Counted from the stretch's first letter, positions 23,601-35,567 are shown. The stretch is DNA of 41,743 nucleotides from Octopus sinensis (GCF_006345805.1 NW_021826260.1:1-41743); one strand, 5' to 3'. Numbers and translations: made by a program. The notes: a model not told the origin generated them from the letters alone.

Positions 23601-24116
23601 AAAAAGGTGTATCCACCTCCTACTTCCTCAAGCTGACCATCACCTTCTGTACGGGTCTCTGAGAGTGCAGCTATATCAATTTTATAACGGTTCAGCTCAC
23701 AAGCAACAAGTGCAGTACGTCTTTCAGGCCTGCAATCACTCTTGTTGTCCAACAGAGTGTGTACATTCCAACATGAAATGTTTAAGTTCCGTCCAGATTT
23801 TATAGATGAAAGACTCTTTGTTTTTCGAGCGCAGGGTGGTCATCCGTCAGTCGCGCTAAACTGACCAGATATGGAAAGACAGGCAATTTTTGGTTCACCC
23901 TTTCTAGAACCTCCCCGGTCTCCGGGTGAGCAGTGCCCTCTCCAAATGGAGCTGCTCAGACACCCATGCAGCAACTGAATCCTACCGCTGTCTTGGGCGA
24001 CAAGGAGACGACTTCATATCTAGCATGGGCCGCCTACGTGCAGGTCGCTGACTACATGCTTCCAACCCGTCAGGTCTGCATGCTTCACCACCTTCCCATC
24101 GCCGCAGGACTTCCGA
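20666..24116 (-). mobile_element. RTE-clade LINE, near full length, frameshifted
   Basis: APE endonuclease (DIAALSETR, ISAYAPT; 23279-23752) and reverse transcriptase (NYRGIALL, QCGFR, FIDLTKAFD, GVKQGDILS, LLYADD, YLGS; 21321-22643). LRWTGHIIRM and a C-terminal C2H2-like finger follow. It has a ~300-bp 5' UTR and a short (CAT)n tail. Confidence 0.95.
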
Positions 24117-24242
24117 ATAAAAAATTTAAAAAATATATACTAAAAATGAAGAAAATATATATTAAAAATAAGATAAAATTATACTAAAAATAAAATAAAT
24201 ATATATAGAGGGAAAAAAAGATATATATGTATGTATATATAT

Positions 24243-24316
<74 letters not shown>

Positions 24317-24317
<1 letters not shown>

Positions 24318-27300
24318 TAGCAGCATAGCCCGGCGTTGCCCGGGTATGTAAGAGCCCCTAGTAGGCAACGACTAATCCCAATGTAGTCCTTTCCCTCCAG
24401 GGAACGAAGGTGCATGTGGACGTTGCAATGTCTTGTCTTCACTGGAATACTTCTGTATATACGATGTTCCTAGCTGTCCGTTGGGCGAAAACATGAAAAC
24501 ATCATTGCGCCTCCCAACGCGTGAACAGCCCACGTAGAGTTGACCGTGGGCGAAGCACTGTTCGCCAAATGTAACCCAGCGACTTCTAGCGTTTGGCCTT
24601 GGGATTTATTGATGGACATTGCGAAGCAGAGTTTAACAGGAAACTGAGAACGCCTGAAGTGGATTGGTAGGTCAGCGCCCGACGGTTGAAGGTGCATCCG
24701 TGGAATAAAAGACGTCTCTCCCTTCCCACAACCGGTAAGTATTGTGGCCGTTATAAATGTGGTGCCAAATGTTTCACACCAAACGTGGTGCCGTTGCACT
24801 GTTTAGGTGGAACCAAATTCCTGATGAGCATAATGGGCGCACCGACTTTAACTTCAGGATGTGTGGTGGCAGGCCTGGCGGTTCAAGTGAATTCAGGAAT
24901 TCAACAGGAAATCGGCAAGCTGGGCGGGGTCTGCTGTCCTATCTATAGATTTGTAGACGTGGACATCACCAGGAAGAGCTTCAAGTAGCTGGATATTGAT
25001 GGAGTTGACGGTTGTATTTTTGGGTGCGAGAATAGCTCTGCCTGCCAGCCATTTTAGGTCGCGTAAATTGTTTTGTAGGTCGTGGAAGACAGCGTCCCGG
25101 AGGCTAGCAGGGGTGTCGACAATGGTGCAAAGTGAGTCCAATTGAACGTAGCCATCCGCATCAGACAGCATCCTATTTCACCGAGCGATAAGAGGTCCCT
25201 GGAGAATGCAGCGGATCCGCTGTCACCAATTAACTGCGCGCGCATGTTAGTTTGGAGGTGCAAGGGCCGCACATGTGCCCAAAGAGCTGACGACTTAAGG
25301 CACGCGCGCACGGCATCGGCACGGGTTACTTTGGAATAAAAGGTAGAGTCTGCCTGAAGTCTCCTCTGAAAGAAGTAAAGTTAATCCTCCCATGGGGGCC
25401 GTAGAGTCTCTGATGTCTTGCAGGGACCTGTCCAGTGCCTCAAGGGCGCCTTTGTGTGCATAGTGCACTCGTCCCATACGATGAGTTTGCATCTGCGCAG
25501 AATGTCGGCCTGTTCTGAGTTCTTGGCGATGTTGCAGATAGGTGACTCGGACTTTGCCAGATCGAGCGGGAGTCTGAAGGCAGAGTGGGTGGTTCTGCCA
25601 CCCGGAAGCAACGCGGCGCGATACCAGAGGAAGCTACAGCCAGGGCAATGTCCGTGTTGCGTCTGACCTCTGCCAGAATTAGTTTAGTGACGAAGGTTTT
25701 GCCAGTGCCGCCGGGTGCATCAAGGAAGAAAAAATCCCCACGTTGCTGTCTGACAGAGTCTACGATGGTGTTGTAGGCTATGCGCTGGTCTGGAAGCAGC
25801 CGTGGTTCATTATCTTGGACGTACTGGTGCAAGTTCCTCAATGCAGTAGGAAGTTTCGCGTAACAATTCAGCAGACATAACATTGGCGTGTTCACGTGTG
25901 GGTGGTGGAAGGCCGTACTCTGTTAAAGCAGACCCACCCATATCGACGACAGCGTCTTCGAGTTGAATGAGCGCAAAATTGTAAATGAAGTTGGTGAACG
26001 TGATCTCGGCGGAAGGGCAGTGTTGCTGAGCCGTACGTAAGAAGTCGTGCGACATGTCATCCCTGTATTCATTCCAGAGACTTAGTGGATCACTAAGCTG
26101 ACATTTTGAAGAAGGATTGCGAAAAGATGTAGGGCCGAATGCGTTTGCAGTAAAGCACCCTCTGCCATCGTGGCGTCCCACTGGGAGTCATCCTCTAGAA
26201 GGCCAAGTCTCATATATGCTTCCCTGAAGGTGTCGCACAGAACCCCATTGACGGTACGTATATTGGCGAAACCTGTTGGACCAGTGACCTCATGTAGAAG
26301 GAGACGGAGGTAGAATCATTCTTGCTGGTTTGGCGGGATGTTGTAAACTCGACCCAGGCAGGAGTCAAACTTGACGCCTGGGAAGCTTTCGACGTTTTTG
26401 CCGGATTTCCGTCGAACCCAGGTGTTTTAGACCACACGAAGTACGATGGACCTGTGGGTACAAAAGCGTTCGAGCGAAGTCATCACGTTGCATAATTTGA
26501 AGAAACCAGTCAACGTTGTGTCTTTAGGGCTGGTGGCTATCTGCACAGCACTTTGCTCTGTGAAGTAAATCCGCTGTCCATTTTCCAAGTGTACAGCAAG
26601 CTGCACCACAGCCGGGCGTCTCTGATGGAAGCGGGAAGCCGTAAATGCGCCAAAACGCTTCGTTGCTGCTGAGGTACCGGCCAGCCAAGTAGTTGGACAC
26701 TTCGTCGCGACTGGTGGTCCTCTGGATGCTGAACATGGCAGCATCGCTGCCTTTGTTGATATATTTGCAGACATTGTATTGACCTGATGGAGCTGCAGAA
26801 CTCAACGTTGACGTGGGCTTTGAATATCTTCGACAGGAGAGGACAGTAGGGGACAATGTAGCTGTTGTCCACTTGATCGCCCAACCGTAATCGTGCGGCC
26901 TCCATTGGCTGGACTCCTTCGTTTGTACAGCGGATACCCATCGCCGCCTGTTTGAGTCTCCAAAGTGAACCGTTTAGGGAATCCCTTTGAGCAGGCTAAT
27001 CCGTTTTTGGTAGCATGGTGTGTTGGCGTAATTTGGTCCACAGGGCCCGTGTACCATGGTAGTGCGGACAATTTCGTAGAGTCCGGGTCCTCATCGGGGT
27101 CAGGAATCTCGGCGGAAATGAATTTGTCAATGTCATTAGTCTCGATTTTATGAGTGAGCCAAATTAAGATGTGAGCATGTGGCAAGCCCCTCTTTTGCCA
27201 CTCGACCGAAAACATGTGGCACCTGACATGCCCGAAAATCTGACCCTTAACTATCAAATCCTTCATTTTGCCCAAATTCAGACGAAAACCCTAGCAACGA

Positions 27301-30300
27301 TGTCGTGTCGATGGGTGTGAGATTGACCCGGGAGGAGTTCGCGAGTGATTTCGTCGCAGCTGGGATTGCACGTGTAGGTGATAAAGAGGTCCGGCCGGCC
27401 GTAAATGCGCACGTAGGTCAAGGCGTCTTGGGTCCTTTCACGCATATATCGCGGTCCTCCCGTGAAGGTGGAGGGTAGAATGCATGGCTTGCCGATGTTG
27501 CGAGGGTCATTTCTTGTTGCAAACCGTCACGGAGATGAATGTAGGAGTCGGAGCGAAGTTTGGTCTGATTAAGTTTAATGTATAGCAGCCTTTCCGATTC
27601 CATTTTTGCGGCCATGTCGACGGCGAACTGGTTGAATAGCTGACGACAACGGGGCAATAAGCTGAACTCACCCTCCCTGACCATGAACCGGTATGAGTAG
27701 AACGCCCTGCAGGAAACCGTCTTTGATGCCGCAGTAGTTTGATTGGAGGGCTGCCGTAAAGGAATTCCGAAGTGGTAGCCGTCTTCCCATAAGGGAAAAG
27801 CAATGGATACTGAAGCGCGTCATAAGATCTTGAGTCTCGCTGATCCTGTGTAGGTTGTTACCACGGGAGGAGATGATTATGTCACGGCTGTAGTGTTGCT
27901 CTCCGTGTATGACTGCGGCAATTCGTTGCACGCCGGTGCGTTTGAAACGGCGTTCGTGTCTCCCGTGGGGTCGTTTATCAGCATCAATGACAACGGTGAA
28001 GTTTGGAGATGGAGCACTGTCCAAGGCATATCTGAAGCTGCAGACGTAGCTGTTGATATCATGAAGCATGGTTTGGAGACGGAGAAGAATGTCTTTGCGG
28101 GGAACATAGCTGTGTACCCGGTATTATTCCAAGGCGTGCATCAACCTGGTGGTTGTAGTCGGCAATGAAGTATATTTGGAGGAAAGAAGACTGCTGAATC
28201 TCGTCTGGCAGAAGTGACCCAATAAGATGGTAGACCTGTCCCTGCACTTTGAAAGTAGGGCATCCAGCCTTCTCTGGGAGGAATTTTGGCCCCGAAAGAG
28301 GTCATTTGGAATGAGCAGTTGTACTTTCGAATTATTTCAAGGAATTGTGACGAATCGGGGGTTAAAACCGCCGCGAGATCCTTCAGTGGTTTGAGGTGGT
28401 TCCCGTAGGAGTGACAGGTCACTTTGCCACAGAGCAGCACAAAACCAGGTGGCTCTCCGGGCCATTTCTTGGCTTTGCAAAACTGGCATACAATTGGTCA
28501 TTGACCCTATCTTGATGTCGTCACGCAAGGAGAAGTTAATTGTGGCGTCGTAGTTGAATGCCAGTGACAACCAGAAAGCGGGGGCAGGGGTACGTACACC
28601 ACGAATGATATCCCGAGTTGTTGATAGTCTCAAGTCGAGTGCACCGTGCTCTCAGCAGATTCAGATGCACGTGCGACAGCGGTAGCAGTGGCATCCCTTG
28701 AAAGCCTTTCAGCTCTCGCCTCAGCCCACACCCTCTGAAGCCCTAGCAGAAGCAGTGTTAATGGCATGTCTGGATGTCCGAATAGTCCGTTGGTGTGGAG
28801 TTTCGGCAGATCGAGCCTGGCTGTGTTTGCGGCGTTAGCAGCTTGGCGAGCTCTCCTCTGTTGAGGTGTTTCGGCAGCTTTGGCCATGGCTTTGTTTGCG
28901 GCGTCAGCATCTTGGCGAGTCTCCTCTGCTGTGAGGTTTCGACAGATCGTGTCCTGGCGGTGCTAGTGGCGTTAGCCGCATTCCGAATGGCCCTTTGTTC
29001 GGGGTTCTCGCGAGCTCTGCGGATGAAGCCAGTAAGAAGCCGCATTTTGGCTGGACTGTTGCTCTTTCGTCAACCTCGAGCGGAGGGAAGATCTGTACGC
29101 TGCGACCCTTGCAAGTCGGGTAGAACGGTCGCTAGTAGTTCAGATGCCTGAGCAGCGGCATAACGGGAAGATGTTTGCGAGAGGCGCAAGGCGGTTTCCT
29201 CGTGGGTCTCGCGTGCCCTTCTAGCCCTAGCAGCCGATGCCTTGGCCGTCCGAGGGCTGAGGAGGGTCCTTCTCTTCTTGGGTGGCATTTGGTGGATAGC
29301 AATGTGTTTTGGCAAAGGTGTAATAAAAGGAACACGTGGGGTAAGTATTTTGGTGGATAGCAATGTGTGTTTGGTAAAGGTGTAATAAAAAGGAGCTCGT
29401 GGGGTAAGTATCCGAAAATGTATAAAAATGTACAAAAACGGCCAAAAAGCTGGCAGCAATGTGAGTGCAACAACGAAAAAAGTCAAAAGTGATCAAACTG
29501 AACAAACGAAAGGAAAAGTTTTTTGATGCACACGACAAAAGTGGTTTATAATAAACCAAGAGTTTGAAAGTAGCGTCCGAGGACCGTTAGGGTACGTCAA
29601 AAATTGAAGGTAAAACGTTTGGGTGGTGTGGTAGTTATAAAGAAAGTTTAAACAAAAAAAGTATTTGAATAACTTGCGGCTGCAGCAGCTATTAGCAGAA
29701 GTGGCGGTGTTGGGGGTAAAGTCTCGATGTAATTTCTTCCTGGTAGGAATTGGTTGGATCGAATTATCGATAGCTAAAAAGGTCAAGTTGCGTCCCTAGA
29801 CAGTCTGGTTTGTGTTAATACACAAATTTGTTTGCTATGTGTGCCACATATGATTAAATTAACCGATTTTTTCCAATAATGTATCCTATTGAATAAAAAG
29901 GGCTATATAGCTCCTTGGAGCAGACATGTGCTCGTTTGTGAAAAAAAAAAAAGATTCCTGCCAATTTGTGAAAGATATTGTCGAAATATGTCATCTTGAA
30001 TTTGAACGCGATTTCCAAAATGGCATGATTTTATCGATTGTTTCTGATGGTAAGGTATTGCATGGAAAACTAACGTCAGAATTGAGTTTCTTAGGGTAAC
30101 ATTAAGCTTCACCATGAGTTTGGTGAAAATCGATTGCAAGTTGTGAAAACTACCATAGATAATGCGTTGCATAAAAAAAGCTTAGATTCTCGAGTTGCGT
30201 CCCCTAGACAGTCTGTGGTTCGTGTTTATGATTCTCGACCCCATGTCGAATTTATCAATTATTTTCAGAACTGGGGGAACTTTTCAAAATTTTCGCTGCG

Positions 30301-30438
30301 TTAGTTTTGAATTATGACATTGGGCTATGTGTGTGTCAAGTTTCATCAGAATCGGTTGAAAGCCGTGGTCAGGGTGAGGGTACGAGAAAACAGACACACA
30401 GAAGCACGCACAGACAAACTGCCGTTTATATATAGAGA
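24317..30438 (-). mobile_element. Full-length autonomous-type Helitron
   Basis: Minus-strand 5' end A|TCTCTATATATAAAC (30438). 3' hairpin CCCGGGCAACGCCGGG (24344-24329), then CTAG|T (24320-24317). Encodes RepHel. Confidence 0.93.
24439..29288 (-). pseudogene. Helitron Rep/PIF1-helicase (RepHel), many frameshifts
   Basis: Starts MPPKKRR, followed by Arg/Ala-rich repeats. HUH Rep motifs are FITYTCNP, VEWQKRGLPHAHIL and KYINKG. Helicase motifs are FLDAPGGTGKT, IVWDECTM, AILAPKN and QFPVKLCFAMSINKSQGQT. Ends NIVYTEVFQ*. Confidence 0.92.
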
Positions 30439-30451
30439 TATATATATGAAA

Positions 30452-30602
30452 AATGTGACCTCGTGTGTACCGTTGACGATTTATTTTCCGCTGTCTTCCC
30501 TTCTTTGGATCTTTCCTTCTTTCCTGAGCGTCCAATATTACCATATTTGTTCCACGTCCTCGTGTTGTTGTGCTTTTTTGTGCTTTCTTGTTTGGATTAA
30601 CT
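30452..30602 (+). mobile_element. Penelope-like terminal-repeat fragment lacking the ribozyme segment
   Basis: Homologous to 34645-34860 except for an internal deletion. Confidence 0.65.
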
Positions 30603-30641
30603 ATATATATATATATATGTATATATATAAATATATATATA

Positions 30642-30691
<50 letters not shown>

Positions 30692-30694
30692 GTG

Positions 30695-30725
<31 letters not shown>

Positions 30726-30793
30726 TGTGTATGTGTGTATAACTAGTACAAAGTAAGTTAGGGGTTATGGGTGTAACCCACTATGGGATAAAC

Positions 30794-30824
<31 letters not shown>

Positions 30825-30838
30825 ATATATTATATATA

Positions 30839-31218
30839 GGCGCAGGAGTGGCTGTGTGGTAAGTAGCTTGTTTACCAACCACATGGTTCCGGGTTCAGTC
30901 CCACTGTGTGGCATCTTGGGCAAGTGTCTTCTGCTATAGCCTCGGGCCGACCAATGCCTCGTGAGAGGATTTGGTAGACGGAAACTGAAAGAAGCCCGTC
31001 GTATATATGTATATATATATATATATGTGTGTCTGTGTATGTCCCCCTAGTATTGCTTCACAACCGATGCTGGTGTGTTTACGTCCCCGTTACTTAGCGG
31101 TTCGGCAAAAGAGACGGATAGAATAAGTACTGGGCTTACAAAGAATAAGTCCTGGGGTCGAGTTGCTCGATTAAAGGCGGTGCACCAGCATGGCCGCAGT
31201 CAAAATGACTGAAACAAG
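30839..31218 (+). mobile_element. tRNA-derived CORE-type SINE (family B), full length
   Basis: A-box TGGCTGTGTGG, B-box-like GGTTCAGTCCC, CORE-like CTTGGGCAAGT and a LINE-like tail CCAGCATGGCCGCAGTC...GACTGAAAC. Confidence 0.85.
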
Positions 31219-31401
31219 TATATATATATTAGAACCAGATATTTAAGTGTTTATTTGGATGCTTCTCTCCATATCTTGCTCCCTTGTATTCTCGTCATAG
31301 CCATTCTTTACCCTGCTGATGATAGCCGTGTGTAAGTCCGAATCATTTGTGCGGTCCTAAGTGATTTCTATATTGAGGTTATCACGGTTTCATTTGTTGA
31401 C

Positions 31402-31456
<55 letters not shown>

Positions 31457-31518
31457 ATATGCAGTCGTATTTCTGCGACAGCTATACGCATGGGACTAAA
31501 AAGCTTCCAGGAATAAAC

Positions 31519-32328
31519 CGTGGTAAGGCGGCGAGCTGGCAGACACGTTAGCACGCCGGGCGAAATGCTTAGCGGTATTTCGTCAGCCGATACGTTCTGC
31601 GTTCAAATTCGACTTTGCTTTCATCCTTTCGGGGTCTATTAAATAAGTACCAGTTACTGACTGGGGTCGATATAATCAACTTAATCCGTCTGTCTGTCCT
31701 TGTTTGTTTCCTCTGTGTTTAGCCCCTTGTGGGAGTAAAGAAATAGGTATTTCGTCTGTCGTTACATTCTGAGTTCAAATTCCGCCGAGGTCGACTTTGC
31801 CTTTCATCCTTTCGGGGTCGATAAATTAAATACCAGTTACGCACTGGGGTCGATGTAATCGACTTAATCCGTTTGTCTGTCCTTGTTTGTCTCCTCTATG
31901 TTTAACCCATTGTGGGTAGTAGAGAAATAAAGGAGTGGCTGTGTGTTAAGTAGCTTGCTTACCAACCACATGGTCCCGGATTCAGTCCCACTGCGTGGCA
32001 CCTTGGGCAAGTGTCTTCTACTATAGCATCGGGCCGACCAAAGCCTTGTGAGTGGATTTGGTAGATGGAAACTGGGAGAAGCCCGTCGTATATGTTTATA
32101 TACATGTATATGCGTGTGTATATGTTTGTATGTCTGCTTGTCCCCGCAGCATCGCTTGACAACCGATACTGGTGTGTTTACGTCCCCCGCAACTTAGCGG
32201 TTCGGCAAAAGAGATCGATAGAACAAGTACTAGGCTTACAAAGAATAATCTCTGGGGTCGATTTGTGCGACTATAAAGGCGGTGCTCCAGCATGGCCACA
32301 GCCACATGACTGAAACAAGTAAAAGAGT
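31519..32328 (+). mobile_element. Composite SINE insertion (family C with internal duplication + family B)
   Basis: Absent from the paralogous region (~11880). Flanked by the direct repeat AATAAAC (31512-31518, 32329-32335). Confidence 0.85.
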
Positions 32329-32907
32329 AATAAACAAACTGTGATTTTCTTAGGAAAATATTTGTGTCACCTCATGCATTAAGTTACATACCAAACCTTC
32401 ATGTACCACTCCCTGACCTAAATGTAGTAACTTTTATCATTGGTCCATTGGTATTATTAAAGCATGACGTATCTTACACATATATTTAGGAAACTTATAA
32501 AAGAAATAAAACACGGAAGTAGTTTTATGTTGGGTTACGACTGTTGTATCACTTAAAAATTCAGTGAAATTCTCTTTCGGTGGATTGTATATTATTATTT
32601 TTCAAGTTATGTCTGGATTTTATCAACGTTTAAGGTGTAAGTTTAACAGATGTGGATATTTTACTTGTAATGTATTAACCTATATTTACTACTGTCTATT
32701 GAATTTGCTTGTGTTATTCACACCATCTGATATTTATAAAGAATACAATTTGACTGCTATTTCTGTGCTGAACGACAAAAAACAGCGCTAATTATCGTCT
32801 TTTTCCGTTCCTAACTGCAGTGAAATTTTAAGTCCAATTTTCAGAACAATCCACCGTTTTTGTTTCCCTGATATATTTCCGTACCTTCAAACACATTCAG
32901 ATCAACC

Positions 32908-33792
32908 ATGGACTACACAGATGCACAACCTATTGATGGTATATGGTTTACAGAGAGAAACCCCGACCCAGAACCTCAAGATGTTGAAATGGAATGTAGC
33001 GAATCTGTAAATGTTGAGAAATGTAGCGAATCTGTAAATGCCAGATATGACATGGATCCCCAAAAAAAGAATCTGGCTTTAATAATAAATAACGAAAAGT
33101 TTGACGAATCGACTGAAATGTCTAAACGACAAGGATCCGACAGAGATGCATCAGCAATTAAAAAGGCTTTGGAGTCATTGCATTTTAAGGTGATCGACCG
33201 CAGGAATTTATCAGTGAAAGCGATGACGCAAATCTTCACGGATATATCCACGATGGACCATACGAAGCATAACTGCTTCATTTGTGTTTTATTAACTCAC
33301 GGCGAAGACGATAACCAGGTTTATGGCACTGATAGAAAAGTAAATCTTAACGAGTTAGTGCAGATGTTGCTTCCTGATAGATGCCCAGGTTTAATAGGTA
33401 AGCCAAAACTATTCTTCATACAAGCTTGTCGGGGAACAAAACTGGACAGAGGTGCAGTTATGCACGATGCCGATGCTTTTGTAAGAGGGAAATATCAAAA
33501 TGTCACATCTCACAAAGTACCACTTTGGGCAGACGTTCTTCTAGCTTATTCCACTGTCCCTGGATTTTACGCCTGGAGAAATTCCACTAATGGATCGTGG
33601 TTTATTCAATCGTTGGCTCACATTTTGGAAAAAGACGGAGACCAACTTGAACTGCAACGATTATTGCTTTTGGTAAATCGCAATGTTGCTTATGAATATG
33701 AGTCTAATTCCAGCCATTCGTCTATGAATAAAATGAAACAAGTTCCTTCCATAGTGAGCATGTTAACAAAAGAACTACACTTTTACAAGTAA
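32908..33792 (+). CDS. Effector caspase (caspase-3/7-like), paralog B, 294 aa
   Basis: Same motifs as paralog A (LTHG, FFIQACRG, YAWRN, GSWFIQ). The ORF is intact. Confidence 0.96.
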   Translation: MDYTDAQPIDGIWFTERNPDPEPQDVEMECSESVNVEKCSESVNARYDMDPQKKNLALIINNEKFDESTEMSKRQGSDRDASAIKKALESLHFKVIDRRNLSVKAMTQIFTDISTMDHTKHNCFICVLLTHGEDDNQVYGTDRKVNLNELVQMLLPDRCPGLIGKPKLFFIQACRGTKLDRGAVMHDADAFVRGKYQNVTSHKVPLWADVLLAYSTVPGFYAWRNSTNGSWFIQSLAHILEKDGDQLELQRLLLLVNRNVAYEYESNSSHSSMNKMKQVPSIVSMLTKELHFYK

Positions 33793-33873
33793 AATTTTCA
33801 TTTTTCAATCGTTTTCCCCTCTCTCCTACATGCTGTTGGTGATCTTTTTCCTTCTCTGAATTTTTCCGTTTTA

Positions 33874-33910
33874 CTTTCTGACGAAAGTGTTACGCTTGAA
33901 ACGTCAAAAG
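33874..33910 (+). ncRNA. Minimal hammerhead motif in probable 3' UTR of caspase-B
   Basis: CTTT-CTGACGA-AAGTG TTA CGCTT-GAAA-CG-TC-AAAAG. Canonical core and GUC triplet, but stems I and III are weak. Confidence 0.55.
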
Positions 33911-34644
33911 CCCTTTTTTTTTTTTTTTTTACCGATCATCAAATACATTTCCTGTGCTCGTCCGCATGTTTGTTATTGATATTTTTATTGCTTGACTGTT
34001 TGATTTGACTACGTCTGTGTGTGTCTGTCCTTGAAATTTCTACTCCATTTTCTATTCTGTCATGAGAACATGTTATTTCGTTTCATTATAAAATTTTTTA
34101 TATACTTTAAATTTCTTTCAAAACTGTATGACAGTGAGTAATGTATATGGTCCTTTCTGAACTTGTTACCATCCCCCTGTTGAGCAATGAAGACTGGTTC
34201 TAAACATGAATATACAAAGTTCAAGTACAACAGAAAAAAGTAGTACAGCGTATCACACACCCGGATCAGAGACTTACATTCTGCGTTATAAGATTTACTA
34301 AGAAAAATTCCTTTCCTAATTTTTTTGCTCTTCACTAACATTTTCGTTGAAATAATTAAAATATTGTAAAAGTGATAACATTAATAAATTGGTTTTATTT
34401 CTTAATATTAATGGCAAAACTATTATTTTCGTGTTTAATTGATATCTAGTGGACTTATAATAAAATACATTGGAACCATCAACACCTTGTCTCTTTACTA
34501 CCGCCGCCTTCGCTAAGGAGGGAATAATATATATATATTATATGAATATATATATAGATATATTATAAATATATATATATATTATATATATAATATATAT
34601 AATATATATATATATATATGTATGTATTTTATATGCTTTCAACG

Positions 34645-34860
34645 TTGTGACCTCGTGAGCACCGCCAGCAATTTTTTTCCTCGTCTTCCCTTCTCGGGAT
34701 CTTTCCTTCTCCTTTGTTTCCGATGAAGAGCTCCGCTCGAAACGTTAAACCCTCCTTTCCTTCTTTCCTGAGGCGTCCAATAATACTTTATTTGTTCCAC
34801 GTCCTCGCGTGCTGTGTTTTTTGTGTTTTTTTTTTTTGTGTTTTCTTGTGTGGATTAACT
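34645..34860 (+). mobile_element. Penelope-like terminal-repeat fragment with hammerhead motif (34716-34750)
   Basis: GTTT-CCGATGA-A-GAGC TCC GCTC-GAAA-CG-TT-AAAC. Confidence 0.6.
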
Positions 34861-34865
34861 ATATC

Positions 34866-34897
<32 letters not shown>

Positions 34898-34900
<3 letters not shown>

Positions 34901-35103
34901 AGGGCTTAGTAAAATAAATTACTTTGCCACATACTGAACTCATTAGAAATAGCAGCTAAAGAAATTTCTTCAGCTATTTCTAATACTTAAAGAAGATCTC
35001 TCTCATCTTCTTAAGTATTAGAAATAGCTGAAGAAATTTCTTTAGCTGCTATTTCTAATGAGTTCAGTATGTGGGAAAGTAATTTATTTTACTAAGCCCT
35101 TAT
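34898..35103. repeat. Near-perfect fold-back palindrome, ~100-bp arms
   Basis: TAAGGGCTTAGTAAAATAAATTACTTT...AGAAGAT, spacer CTCTCTC, then ATCTTC...AAAGTAATTTATTTTACTAAGCCCTTA. Confidence 0.92.
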
Positions 35104-35202
35104 TATAATGTAATATTTTGAATTCGCCTATAATGGTCCCTTTCCATACTGAATACTTGGTGAAATTGATTAATAATTAATTAATTTTACCCTCAATTGT
35201 TG

Positions 35203-35264
<62 letters not shown>

Positions 35265-35270
35265 ATTATA

Positions 35271-35302
<32 letters not shown>

Positions 35303-35305
35303 TAT

Positions 35306-35339
<34 letters not shown>

Positions 35340-35567
35340 ATATATTATATATATATATATTATATATATATATATATATCATATATATATATATATAAGT
35401 TGAGTTTTATATATATAGACATATTACTTGTTATTTATGTATTGGTTTATGTCTATCAATGTTGAGTTGCATAATAGTGGTTTTTAACTCTAACTTATAT
35501 TTTAAATATATATATATATATATATATATGTATATGTATAAAACTGAGAATGTGTGTCTGTCTGTCT

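Noticed and set aside
23830-24116. HDV-like ribozyme in the RTE 5' UTR (known for some RTEs)
   Set aside because: Partial pairings are visible on the minus strand (GGGTTG/CGGCCC, CCT-GCACGT-AGG), but I could not build the full nested double pseudoknot by eye. It needs a descriptor search.
24317-33792. Helitron-mediated capture or duplication of the caspase gene
   Set aside because: The Helitron has both termini at 24317 and 30438, and the caspase homology block begins outside it at ~31230.
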